Shown here: one piece after another, positions 35,898-44,372 of the stretch | How the letters are laid out: each line of letters starts with the position of its first letter | Numbering within the stretch: the first letter of the stretch is position 1 | NCBI GenBank assembly: GCA_934155165.1 | Contig: CAKPGS010000001.1 | Coordinates: 1-61,233 of the forward strand | Direction of reading: 5' to 3' | Origin: an uncultured Clostridia bacterium | Lineage (GTDB): Bacteria > Bacillota > Clostridia > TANB77 > CAG-508 | Length of the DNA stretch: 61,233 nucleotides | Translations under genes and position numbers: made by a program | Notes under the pieces: generated by a model | Seen by the model: only the letters and a program-made list of their open reading frames with translations | Told to the model about the DNA's origin: nothing | The model's database searches: none

Positions 35898-37927
35898 TTA
35901 TTCAAATTTGAATCTAATGTTGTTTTTAATACTGAATTTCTTTTACCTGCCCATCTCAAATAAGGTGTTGTGTTTCCTTCTTCTATAACCCATATAGAAT
36001 CTGTATTTCCTTCATTTACTTCTGCTATGTCTAAGTTAGTATATGTTTCTTTTTTGAATAGATTCTCATAGGTTACATCATTAATATAATCATTTGTTCC
36101 AATAGATGTTAATGTTGTATATTGTGAACTCCAATAATTATAATAAACACGTGGTGAATGTCCAAATGGATAAGCCCAACCTGCTTTAACTTTTATTTCC
36201 TTAGAAATTACTAAACACTTTGTAACATAAGTCCAATTTCCGCCTCTTATTCCTCCATTATACTCATTACCAGCATCTATAATTCCTGAAAAGATGCAAT
36301 TATTAGGTTGATCATTCATTGAAGTTCCTGTTCCAAGAATTCCTCCTACAAGAGAATCGCTAGCATTAATTATACATTCAGAATAGCATTGACTTATTTT
36401 ACTGCTGTTACCTGCACCTGCAACTCCCCCTACTATAGAATTTCCTGTTACATTTATTTTACCACTAACTCCTATCTTGCTAATTTCTACGTTTTCTTTA
36501 ATTGTACCACTAATTGTTCCTACCGTAGCTTTTGTTGAATTAATATTTACATCTTCCAATTTTAAATTCATTATTTTTGCATTTTTATCTGCATATGCAA
36601 ATAATCCTACACTGTCATCAGAACTATTATTAATATACAAATTACTTATTGAGTGAAAATCGCCATTAAAGGTTCCTGTAAAATTATCTGTACTGTTTCC
36701 TAATGATTTCCAACTATTATCAGGATTTCCATCTCCATCATTATCTACTGTATAATAGTTAAATTTTTCAGTAGTTTTATAACTATTTTTATCTTTAAAA
36801 TCCAAATTTCTTGTTAATTTATAAGTATCTGTTAAATCATTATTTATTGTTTCTAAATCTTCTATATAATTGATTTCTGTTACTTTTTCTAGTGTCGTAA
36901 CTTGAGCATCTTTAATAACTTTTTCGCTTTCATTACCTTTTATAGCAGCTTCTATTTTTGCTGTATATGTTGTACTTGATGTTAGGCCTGTTATATTCTT
37001 AGATTCCTTTTCTTCATCATTAATAAAATATTTAATATTAACCGAATCTTCAGGATAACTTGGAGTTACCTTTATATCAAAACTATTCCATTTAAGATTC
37101 TCCGCACTAATTGTAGGTTCATCTAAGAATTTTTCTATAGTTACCATTTTTGTTGTTTTATACTCTTTTTCATCTTTTGTTGCAATTACCTCATAACTGT
37201 AAGTCCCGTTTGGGTTAATACTTCCATTTGAAGTAATTGTTCCTGTGTATTTCTTAGAACTATTATCATAAGTTCCTTCTATATTAGCATTACTAGTGGT
37301 TGGATTTTTTACTGTAACGCTAGCACCTTCTAATTTTCCACTTAATTTAACTTCAAAAGATATTGTTGCTTTTGCATCTGTTGTTGTAACAAAATGATAG
37401 CTTTCATCTAATTGATAATTATCTATTTCAGGAGTTGGTTCATCTCCATTTCCCACTATAGAATATTGTGGAGTATGATATGTGTTTCCATTATATTTAA
37501 AACCTTTATATCTATAAACTTTTCCTGTTGTAATATTTACTACATAATCATTTTTTGTATCTAGATTAAGTTTTTCTTTATCTAATTTATAAATTTCTGC
37601 ATCATTTATATTTTCTATACCTTCTATTGTTTTCTTTAAGGTTCCTTCTGGAGTTATTTTACTATCTATTTTTGCATATAAATCTTCATTATTTATTGTG
37701 GACGTTGGATTCTTTCCATATTCCTCAGTTTTAACTTCCATTGCATATAAATCAGAAGCCTCTTGTACTTGAGAATATTCAGTTACAAAACTTGCCCAAT
37801 TAGCCTTGCCAAATATTCCATTTTCGCCAATTACCATATTTAAGACTACAGCTGATAATATTAATAAAACAATTATTGTTATTATTAATGCTATTAGAGT
37901 TATACCTTTCTGATTAATTTTTTTCAT
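35894..37927 (-). CDS. Large surface protein with a pilin-like N-terminus, Ig/FN3-like middle and C-terminal GLUG-motif repeats
   Basis: Likely start is ATG at 37927 after AAGGAG. N-terminus reads MKKINQKGITLIALIITIIVLLILSAV. C-terminal repeats are of the GLUG type (VGGVAGAGNSSKISQCY, LVGGILGTG). Confidence 0.65.
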   Translation of the reverse strand: MKKINQKGITLIALIITIIVLLILSAVVLNMVIGENGIFGKANWASFVTEYSQVQEASDLYAMEVKTEEYGKNPTSTINNEDLYAKIDSKITPEGTLKKTIEGIENINDAEIYKLDKEKLNLDTKNDYVVNITTGKVYRYKGFKYNGNTYHTPQYSIVGNGDEPTPEIDNYQLDESYHFVTTTDAKATISFEVKLSGKLEGASVTVKNPTTSNANIEGTYDNSSKKYTGTITSNGSINPNGTYSYEVIATKDEKEYKTTKMVTIEKFLDEPTISAENLKWNSFDIKVTPSYPEDSVNIKYFINDEEKESKNITGLTSSTTYTAKIEAAIKGNESEKVIKDAQVTTLEKVTEINYIEDLETINNDLTDTYKLTRNLDFKDKNSYKTTEKFNYYTVDNDGDGNPDNSWKSLGNSTDNFTGTFNGDFHSISNLYINNSSDDSVGLFAYADKNAKIMNLKLEDVNINSTKATVGTISGTIKENVEISKIGVSGKINVTGNSIVGGVAGAGNSSKISQCYSECIINASDSLVGGILGTGTSMNDQPNNCIFSGIIDAGNEYNGGIRGGNWTYVTKCLVISKEIKVKAGWAYPFGHSPRVYYNYWSSQYTTLTSIGTNDYINDVTYENLFKKETYTNLDIAEVNEGNTDSIWVIEEGNTTPYLRWAGKRNSVLKTTLDSNLNK

Positions 37928-37988
37928 TTGTTTTTTCTCCTTTATTCTTATTTTCATATATTATCAGATTTTATTTTACATTTAATTT

Positions 37989-39017
37989 CTACTTTGAACA
38001 AAATTCACAAAGTATTGTACGTAATCCTATATCTAAATCTATTATTCCTTGTTTATATTCTGCATCTAGATTTATTAATTTTTGTACAATATTTCGTAAG
38101 TCCTTTTTACTAAAATAACCTGATTGCATTTTGTATTTTGTAGTTAAAAACATCTGGTTTGGCTTTAAATTTAAACTTACAGCTATATTTTTGTTTTCTT
38201 CTAATGCCATTTTTGTTATGTATAATTTTTTAAAATGATTGTATAGTGTTATTAGTATTTTTTGCATTGGTTCTTTTGAATATAATAAATTATCTAATAT
38301 TTGTAATGATTTGGTTATTTCTTTTTTTCCTAAATTATCTGTTAAATCAAATATAACAGCTTGAATTTGTTTTGTACAAAGTGCATCTATGTCCTCTTTT
38401 TTTATTGTGCCACCCTCTCCTGCATATTCAATAAGTTTACGGATTTCGTTTATTAAATCTTGCATATTTGTACCACTATTTTCTATCAAGTAATTTATAT
38501 CATTACTTGATATTTCAACTTTATATGCTCTGCTAATTGAAGCTAATTTAGCATTTAATTGATTTATTTTTAAGGCTTCAAAATTACAAACCGTTCCTAA
38601 CTTTTCAATCGTATTATATAATTTGTTTTTTTCAGCATTTTCCTCTACAAATATAAGCACGCAAGTATTTACAACATCATTATAATTTTCTTTTATATAA
38701 TTATTTATTTTTTCTATAGTTTGTTCTTTTTCTTTACTTTTTCCTTTTCCGCCTCTTTGAAATATTTTAGAATCTCTAACAACTATTAACTTTTTATCAT
38801 ATCCAAATGCTGGAGTTTCAATTTCTTGAATTAGATTCTCTACATTATTTTCATACAAAGTTACAAAATTTATACCATTTATTGTTTCTCCAAAATTTTT
38901 TTTAATTTTTTTTAATGAATTTTCTAGTAAATATGTTTCTTCTCCATACAGTAAAAAAACTGTTTCTGGATTGTTCTGTTTTAGCTCTTTTTCTAATTGT
39001 TCTGTTTTTATTAACAT
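37989..39017 (-). CDS. holA: DNA polymerase III delta subunit
   Basis: N-terminus VFLLYGEETYLLE and about 340 aa. Start is ATG at 39017 after AGAAAGG. The longer track ORF merely reads through the REP-like repeat. Confidence 0.85.
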   Translation of the reverse strand: MLIKTEQLEKELKQNNPETVFLLYGEETYLLENSLKKIKKNFGETINGINFVTLYENNVENLIQEIETPAFGYDKKLIVVRDSKIFQRGGKGKSKEKEQTIEKINNYIKENYNDVVNTCVLIFVEENAEKNKLYNTIEKLGTVCNFEALKINQLNAKLASISRAYKVEISSNDINYLIENSGTNMQDLINEIRKLIEYAGEGGTIKKEDIDALCTKQIQAVIFDLTDNLGKKEITKSLQILDNLLYSKEPMQKILITLYNHFKKLYITKMALEENKNIAVSLNLKPNQMFLTTKYKMQSGYFSKKDLRNIVQKLINLDAEYKQGIIDLDIGLRTILCEFCSK

Positions 39018-39042
39018 TTTTATGCCTTTCTTTGTTATCTTC

Positions 39043-39068
39043 GGGCGGACAGAGGCGTCCGCCCCTAC
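39043..39068 (-). repeat. REP-like hairpin, subfamily A, best copy (GGGCGGACAGAGGCGTCCGCCCCTAC on the plus strand)
   Basis: Perfect 8-bp stem GGGCGGAC/GTCCGCCC with loop AGAGGC and a GTAG head on the minus strand. Confidence 0.7.
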
Positions 39069-39092
39069 TAAGATCATTTTCCTATTATTCTA

Positions 39093-39512
39093 TTATTTTA
39101 TTTCTATGTCTTCTTCTTTTACTTCATCTTTTTTAGGTTCTTCTACTTTTGGCTGTTCTGCTCCACAATTTGGGCAAAATTTAACACTAACTTCTATTTC
39201 TTTGTTACAATTTGGACATTGTTTTCTATCTTTTAATTCTAAAATATCTTTTCTATAATCTTCTATTTCATCCGCTAATACATCTATTTTTGTACATTCT
39301 TCTTTTAAAAATTCTTCTAAATTTTCTTTTTCTTCTTTCACATGATTTTCGTAAATTTTTTTACCAATTTCTTCATATAAATCATTTATCTTAGATTTAT
39401 TTTCATTTATAGCCATTTTTAATTTTGTTTCTTTAGCAATTTTACTTGTTTTTTCGGCTGCTCCTTTATAAGTTTCGCTTGCTTTTTTCCCTAGTTTATC
39501 AAAAAAATCCAT
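39093..39512 (-). CDS. Zinc-ribbon domain protein with an N-terminal coiled coil
   Basis: CPNCNKEI...CPNCGAEQ zinc ribbon. 139 aa. Confidence 0.55.
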   Translation of the reverse strand: MDFFDKLGKKASETYKGAAEKTSKIAKETKLKMAINENKSKINDLYEEIGKKIYENHVKEEKENLEEFLKEECTKIDVLADEIEDYRKDILELKDRKQCPNCNKEIEVSVKFCPNCGAEQPKVEEPKKDEVKEEDIEIK

Positions 39513-39605
39513 TTTTTTCTTCCTCCTTATACTATTATAAATAAACTTTTATTATTTATTCATTTTCAAAAAACATATTAGCATTTATGCTTTTTTTTGT
39601 CAAAT

Positions 39606-39634
39606 TTGATTTATATTTATTAACGTGTTATAAT
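39606..39634 (+). promoter_or_regulatory. Sigma-A type promoter for the 39680 gene
   Basis: TTGATT, 17-nt spacer, TGtTATAAT. Confidence 0.6.
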
Positions 39635-39679
39635 AATTATTGATACTTTTAATTAATACTTTTTAAAGGAGGTTTTAAA

Positions 39680-40135
39680 ATGGAGAAAACATATCGGGAA
39701 AGGGATTTAATTGCATTGGGTTTTGCACTTTTTGAAAAAACAAAAAGTACTCCAACACTTTTCTTTGCAGCAGATATTCACATTGATGGAAACATCGATG
39801 TACCCACAGCAAATTTGGAATTAGGAGGAAATTTCTGTTGCTCAGGTTTTATACGAGCCAAAAATATAAACTCCTCAGCTTCCATTTTTGTAAGTGACTT
39901 CATAAGTTGCCAGGAAATAGCTGTAAGAGGAAACCTCACAGTTAATGGTAATTTGTTATACTCTCCTAGAGGTATAACATGTGATAATCTACTTACAAAA
40001 GGAAGAGTCGACTGTGGCCATTTAATTGGTAACACCTTATCTGTTAATGGTAAAGTTGATGCTTTAGAAATAAAAGCAAAAAAAATTAAGTTCCAGGATA
40101 TTGTTAATGCTACTTCAATAGAAATTGAAGATTAG
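39680..40135 (+). CDS. Hypothetical protein, GC-richer orphan with a repetitive beta-helix-like (bactofilin-like) sequence
   Basis: AAGGAGG RBS. 151 aa with repeated short hydrophobic/Gly-Asn turns (IDGNIDV, LTVNGNL, LSVNGKVDA). Confidence 0.55.
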   Translation: MEKTYRERDLIALGFALFEKTKSTPTLFFAADIHIDGNIDVPTANLELGGNFCCSGFIRAKNINSSASIFVSDFISCQEIAVRGNLTVNGNLLYSPRGITCDNLLTKGRVDCGHLIGNTLSVNGKVDALEIKAKKIKFQDIVNATSIEIED

Positions 40136-40151
40136 CAATCTCTTTTAACCT

Positions 40152-40184
40152 AAAAAACAGATGGATATTTCCATCTGTTTTTTA
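40152..40184. terminator. Bidirectional terminator
   Basis: ACAGATGGA/TCCATCTGT stem flanked by an A-run and a T-run. Confidence 0.85.
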
Positions 40185-40279
40185 TATGATATTAGGGTTA
40201 CATAACCTTCTTATTATATAAAACTCTCCTGCATAGCAAATTTATTTTCCTAATTTCTATGTGAAAAATTTACTGAATT

Positions 40280-41263
40280 TTATTCGCTTTTTCCTTCTCT
40301 TGTCATTAACATTTCAACTGCTTTTTTAGGATCTAATTTACTATATAAAACATCATAAACCATCTGTACTATTGGCATTTCTATGTTGTTTATTTTTGCA
40401 AGTTCATATGCTACCTCTATATTATCTATACTTTCTATTGTCATTCCTACTTCTTTTTTAGTTTCTTCTAAAGTTTTTCCTTGACCTATTAATTTTCCTG
40501 CTTTTCTATTTCTGCTGTGTTCACTTAAGCAGGTTACTATTAAATCTCCTAAGCCACTTAAACCGTAAAAAGTATCTTTTTCTCCTCCTAAAGCAATTCC
40601 TAATCTTGAAATTTCTGTTAATCCTCTTGTTATTAAAGCTGCAAAAGAATTATCACCAAGACCAATTCCTGCCGCTGTTCCTGCACAAAATGCTATAATA
40701 TTTTTTAATGCTCCTCCAAGTTCTACGCCTTTTACATCTTTACTTGTATAAATTCTTAAATCTTTACTCATAAAGTCTTTTTGCACCATTTCTAATACGT
40801 CTTCATGTTTTGAAGCTACAACAAGAACTGTTGGAACACCTATTGAAACTTCTTCTGCATGACTTGGTCCTGATAGGACTCCAATTTTTGCCTCTGGCAT
40901 TTCTTCTTGGATTACCTCATCTAATGTTTTTAAAGAATCTTTTTCAAACCCCTTTGAGCATATGATAATTGGTTGATTTGTAACAAATTTTTTGTATTCT
41001 TTTACAATACTTCTTGTAAATTTTGAAGGTGTAACATGCAAAATTATTTCAGAATTTTTTATTGCTTCTTCATAACTTAATGTACATTCTATTCCTTCTG
41101 GTAATGTTATATTAGGTAAAAACTTACACTTTTTTTCATTATTTATTAAGTCTGCTTCTTCTTTAGCAAATGACCATATTTTTACCTTTTTTCCTTGATT
41201 TGCAAGATAAACTGCTAAGGCTACTCCCCAGCTTCCACTTCCTATAATAGTTATATTTTTCAT
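40280..41263 (-). CDS. gpsA: NAD(P)H-dependent glycerol-3-phosphate dehydrogenase
   Basis: N-terminal GSGSWG Rossmann motif and the GALKN motif. Confidence 0.92.
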   Translation of the reverse strand: MKNITIIGSGSWGVALAVYLANQGKKVKIWSFAKEEADLINNEKKCKFLPNITLPEGIECTLSYEEAIKNSEIILHVTPSKFTRSIVKEYKKFVTNQPIIICSKGFEKDSLKTLDEVIQEEMPEAKIGVLSGPSHAEEVSIGVPTVLVVASKHEDVLEMVQKDFMSKDLRIYTSKDVKGVELGGALKNIIAFCAGTAAGIGLGDNSFAALITRGLTEISRLGIALGGEKDTFYGLSGLGDLIVTCLSEHSRNRKAGKLIGQGKTLEETKKEVGMTIESIDNIEVAYELAKINNIEMPIVQMVYDVLYSKLDPKKAVEMLMTREGKSE

Positions 41264-41307
41264 TGTTTTATCCTTTCGTTTACTAATATTTTATTCTATA
41301 ATATGTT

Positions 41308-41940
41308 TTATTTTTTTCCAAATGACAATTTATTTTCTTTTCCATTCATTATTCTCTTAATATTTTCTCTATGATTAAAGCATACTATTGCAGCTAATAT
41401 AATACTAAATATAAAATATCCATTTCCTTCAACAATATAATGTGAATGTATAAATAATGTTAATACTGGAAATAGAATTGCTGCTGAAATTGAACCTAGT
41501 GAAACCATTTTTGTAACTGCCATTAATGCTAATGCAAATATTAAACAAATTAATCCTATTTGCCAATTTATCATTATTAGAACTCCTAAAGATGTTGCAA
41601 CACCTTTTCCTCCTCTAAATTCGAAAAATATTGGAAATGTATGTCCTATAACAACTGCAACAGCTGCAATTTGTACTAAATAGCTTTGTCCATTAAAGTC
41701 TTTTATTACATTTCCCATAATTAATGCAATAAATATTGCTACAATTCCTTTTAAAATATCACACACAAGAGTAAGCGCAGCAGCTTTTTTTCCTACACTT
41801 CTAAGCATATTTGTGCTTCCTGCGTTTCCACTGCCTTTTTCTCTTACATCAAATCCAGCAAATTTTCTACTAAATATTACTGAAAAATTTATACTTCCTA
41901 TTGCATATGCAATAATCGCAATTAAAATATATGGTACCAT
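41308..41940 (-). CDS. plsY: Glycerol-3-phosphate acyltransferase PlsY
   Basis: SGNAGSTN and FRGGKGVAT motifs in a polytopic 210-aa protein. Confidence 0.92.
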   Translation of the reverse strand: MVPYILIAIIAYAIGSINFSVIFSRKFAGFDVREKGSGNAGSTNMLRSVGKKAAALTLVCDILKGIVAIFIALIMGNVIKDFNGQSYLVQIAAVAVVIGHTFPIFFEFRGGKGVATSLGVLIMINWQIGLICLIFALALMAVTKMVSLGSISAAILFPVLTLFIHSHYIVEGNGYFIFSIILAAIVCFNHRENIKRIMNGKENKLSFGKK

Positions 41941-42001
41941 TTTTTCTTCTCCTTTTTATACATTATTTGCAATTTTAAAAAGAATTGTTATTATACTAGG
42001 C

Positions 42002-42063
42002 AATCTTAATAAAAAAGGCAAAGGCGCATACGTTTGTATGTAACTGCGTTTTTTATTAAGATT
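42002..42063. terminator. Compound hairpin downstream of der
   Basis: 15-bp outer arms AATCTTAATAAAAAA/TTTTTTATTAAGATT enclose a GC-containing inner hairpin (CATAC/GTATG). Confidence 0.55.
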
Positions 42064-42087
42064 AACGACGTAGAATGGCAATTATTT

Positions 42088-43416
42088 TTAAAATTTATCC
42101 TCTTTCTCTCTAACAATAATTCGCACCGGTGTTCCCTCTAATCCAAATTCTTTTCTTATTTGATTTACCAAATATCTTTGGTATGAAAAGTGGAATAGTT
42201 TTTTACTATTTACGAATATAACAAATGTTGGTGGTTTTATACTTGCTTGTGTTATATATAAAACTTTAAGTCTTCTTCCTTTATCTGTTGGTGGTTGAAC
42301 TAGAGCGATTGCCTCGTTTAATACTTGATTTAGCATTGCTGTTGATACTCTTAATGCATTGTTATCTGCAACTGTATTTATCATTTCAAATAGTTTATTT
42401 ACTCTTTGACCTGTTTTAGCTGAAATAAATATTATTGGTGCATAAGATAAATATGCAAGTTTAGTATATACTTCTTTTGTGTATTTTTCTAATGTTCCTG
42501 TTTCTTTTTCATATTCATCCCATTTATTTACAACAATTATTATTCCTTTTCCTGCTTCGTGTGCTTCTCCTGCTATTTTAGCATCTTGATCTGTAACACC
42601 TTCATTTGCATCTATCATCATTAAGCATACATCTGCTCTTTCTATTGCAAGCATTGTTCTCATAACACTGAATTTTTCTATTCTTTCTTCAACTTTGCTT
42701 TTCTTTCTAATTCCAGCTGTATCTATTAAAACGTATTTTCCAAATTCGTTTTCAAATTCAGAGTCTATGGCATCTCTTGTAGTTCCTGCTATATTACTTA
42801 CTATTACTCTGTTTTCTCCAAGTATTTTATTTACTAATGAAGATTTTCCTACATTTGGTTTTCCTATAATTGCTACCTTCGTTATTCCTGTTTCATCTTC
42901 ATTTGGGTCTTTTTCTGGAAAAGATTCATATATTGCATCTAATAAGTCACCTATTCCTTTAGCGTTTGCTGCAGATATTGCATATGGGTCTCCTAATCCT
43001 AAATTATAAAATTCATATATATTACTGTCTGGTTCAGTTCCAAATTCATCTGCTTTATTGCATGCAAGAATTACAGGTTTTTTAGATTTTCTTAACATTA
43101 CCGCTATGTCTTGGTCTGCTGCTGTTACTCCTTGTTTTATATCTGTTAAAAATATTATTACATCCGCAATTTCTATTGCTATATTTGCTTGTTCTCTCAT
43201 TTGTGAAAGAATAATATCTTCAGATTCTGGTTCTATACCACCTGTATCTATTACAGTAAAATTTCTTCCTCTCCAATTTGCTTCTGCATAAACTCTATCT
43301 CTTGTAACTCCTGGTGTATCTTCTACGATAGATATTTTGCTTCCAACTATATAATTAAAAAATGTAGATTTTCCTACATTCGGTTTTCCTACTATTGCTA
43401 CTACTGGTTTTCCCAT
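42088..43416 (-). CDS. der: Ribosome-associated GTPase Der/EngA
   Basis: Two tandem GTPase domains (GKPNVGKST and GKPNVGKSS) and a KH-like C-terminus. Confidence 0.94.
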   Translation of the reverse strand: MGKPVVAIVGKPNVGKSTFFNYIVGSKISIVEDTPGVTRDRVYAEANWRGRNFTVIDTGGIEPESEDIILSQMREQANIAIEIADVIIFLTDIKQGVTAADQDIAVMLRKSKKPVILACNKADEFGTEPDSNIYEFYNLGLGDPYAISAANAKGIGDLLDAIYESFPEKDPNEDETGITKVAIIGKPNVGKSSLVNKILGENRVIVSNIAGTTRDAIDSEFENEFGKYVLIDTAGIRKKSKVEERIEKFSVMRTMLAIERADVCLMMIDANEGVTDQDAKIAGEAHEAGKGIIIVVNKWDEYEKETGTLEKYTKEVYTKLAYLSYAPIIFISAKTGQRVNKLFEMINTVADNNALRVSTAMLNQVLNEAIALVQPPTDKGRRLKVLYITQASIKPPTFVIFVNSKKLFHFSYQRYLVNQIRKEFGLEGTPVRIIVREKEDKF

Positions 43417-43493
43417 TTTTTACCTCTCTAAAAATTAATTTACATCATTATATAGGAAAATAGTTAAAATTACAAGGATTTGAATTCAAAAAT

Positions 43494-43522
43494 TTGCTAT
43501 TTTACATAATATTTGATATAAT
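43494..43522 (+). promoter_or_regulatory. Sigma-A type promoter for the 43602 gene
   Basis: TTGCTA, 17-nt spacer, TGaTATAAT. Confidence 0.6.
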
Positions 43523-43601
43523 GTATATAGTTACTGTTATTATTCGGCTATCTACTGCCGAAATCCAAATTTAAAAAATTTTAATTTAGGAGGAAAAAGT
43601 C

Positions 43602-43982
43602 ATGACAAAATTAGTACGGTACAATGGAGAAAAAATATCTTATACAGGTTGCGATTCTCCAACAAATCTTGTAAATGGAAAAGTTTACGAAGTTCTACAG
43701 GAAATGGATCTTGGCTTTCAAACCAACTACACCTTAAAGGGAGTAAAAGGAGAATACAATTCTGTGTGGTTCGATGAAATTGAGATGCCAGTAGTTATGG
43801 CACTATCCAGTAAAAAACCGCAACTTCATAAACCACTAACTAATTTCTTGATTTTCGACAAATCTACAATTAGGCAGGTTATCCAAACTACTCCAATTCA
43901 AAATATTGAAAGAATTGAAGGAAATGTTTTTAAGGTTTTAACACAGAATACAATTTATATTGTTCAAGTTGTAGGTGATTAA
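43602..43982 (+). CDS. Hypothetical protein, GC-richer orphan
   Basis: AGGAGG RBS. 126 aa with no recognisable motif. Has its own promoter and a bidirectional terminator. Confidence 0.55.
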   Translation: MTKLVRYNGEKISYTGCDSPTNLVNGKVYEVLQEMDLGFQTNYTLKGVKGEYNSVWFDEIEMPVVMALSSKKPQLHKPLTNFLIFDKSTIRQVIQTTPIQNIERIEGNVFKVLTQNTIYIVQVVGD

Positions 43983-44009
43983 TACAATTAAGACTTTTCT
44001 TTACAAACT

Positions 44010-44044
44010 AAAAACCTATTTAGATAATTCTAAATAGGTTTTTC
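44010..44044. terminator. Bidirectional terminator between the orphan gene and rpmF
   Basis: AACCTATTTAG/CTAAATAGGTT stem flanked by an A-run and a T-run. Confidence 0.85.
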
Positions 44045-44055
44045 TTTTTATTTAA

Positions 44056-44247
44056 TTAGTTTTCTTCAGCAACTTTAACTGCTACTGCTTTTCTACCATT
44101 GTAATATCCGCATTTTGTACATGCTCTATGTGCCATTATTGGTTCATGGCATTGTGGACATTCTGAAACGTTTGGTGTTTCTTTTTTCCATGTTGATCTT
44201 CTTGTATGTGTTCTTTGTTTTGACCATCTTCTTTTTGGTTGTGCCAT
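44056..44247 (-). CDS. rpmF: 50S ribosomal protein L32
   Basis: MAQPKRRWSKQR N-terminus and the CxxC...CxxC zinc motif. Confidence 0.92.
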   Translation of the reverse strand: MAQPKRRWSKQRTHTRRSTWKKETPNVSECPQCHEPIMAHRACTKCGYYNGRKAVAVKVAEEN

Positions 44248-44321
44248 TTATATTCCCTCCTCTGCTAAGATATGTGTTTATATCTATTTTTAATTTTATC
44301 TATTTTAATTGTCACTATAAG

Positions 44322-44350
44322 AGTATACTAGCTTTTTGCCTTTTTGTCAA
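44322..44350 (-). promoter_or_regulatory. Sigma-A promoter of rpmF
   Basis: Minus strand TTGACA, 17-nt spacer, TATACT. Confidence 0.65.
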
Positions 44351-44372
44351 TAGTTATTAAGTTTAAATCTTT

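Noticed and set aside
39018-39077. A 20-codon N-terminal extension of the holA ORF (MILVGADASVRPKITKKGIK)
   Set aside because: It is translation of the REP-like repeat. A proper RBS and ATG at 39017 give the conserved delta-subunit N-terminus.
39778-40035. An 85-aa minus-strand ORF
   Set aside because: It is entirely antisense within the better-supported plus-strand gene 39680-40135, which has an RBS, a promoter and a terminator.
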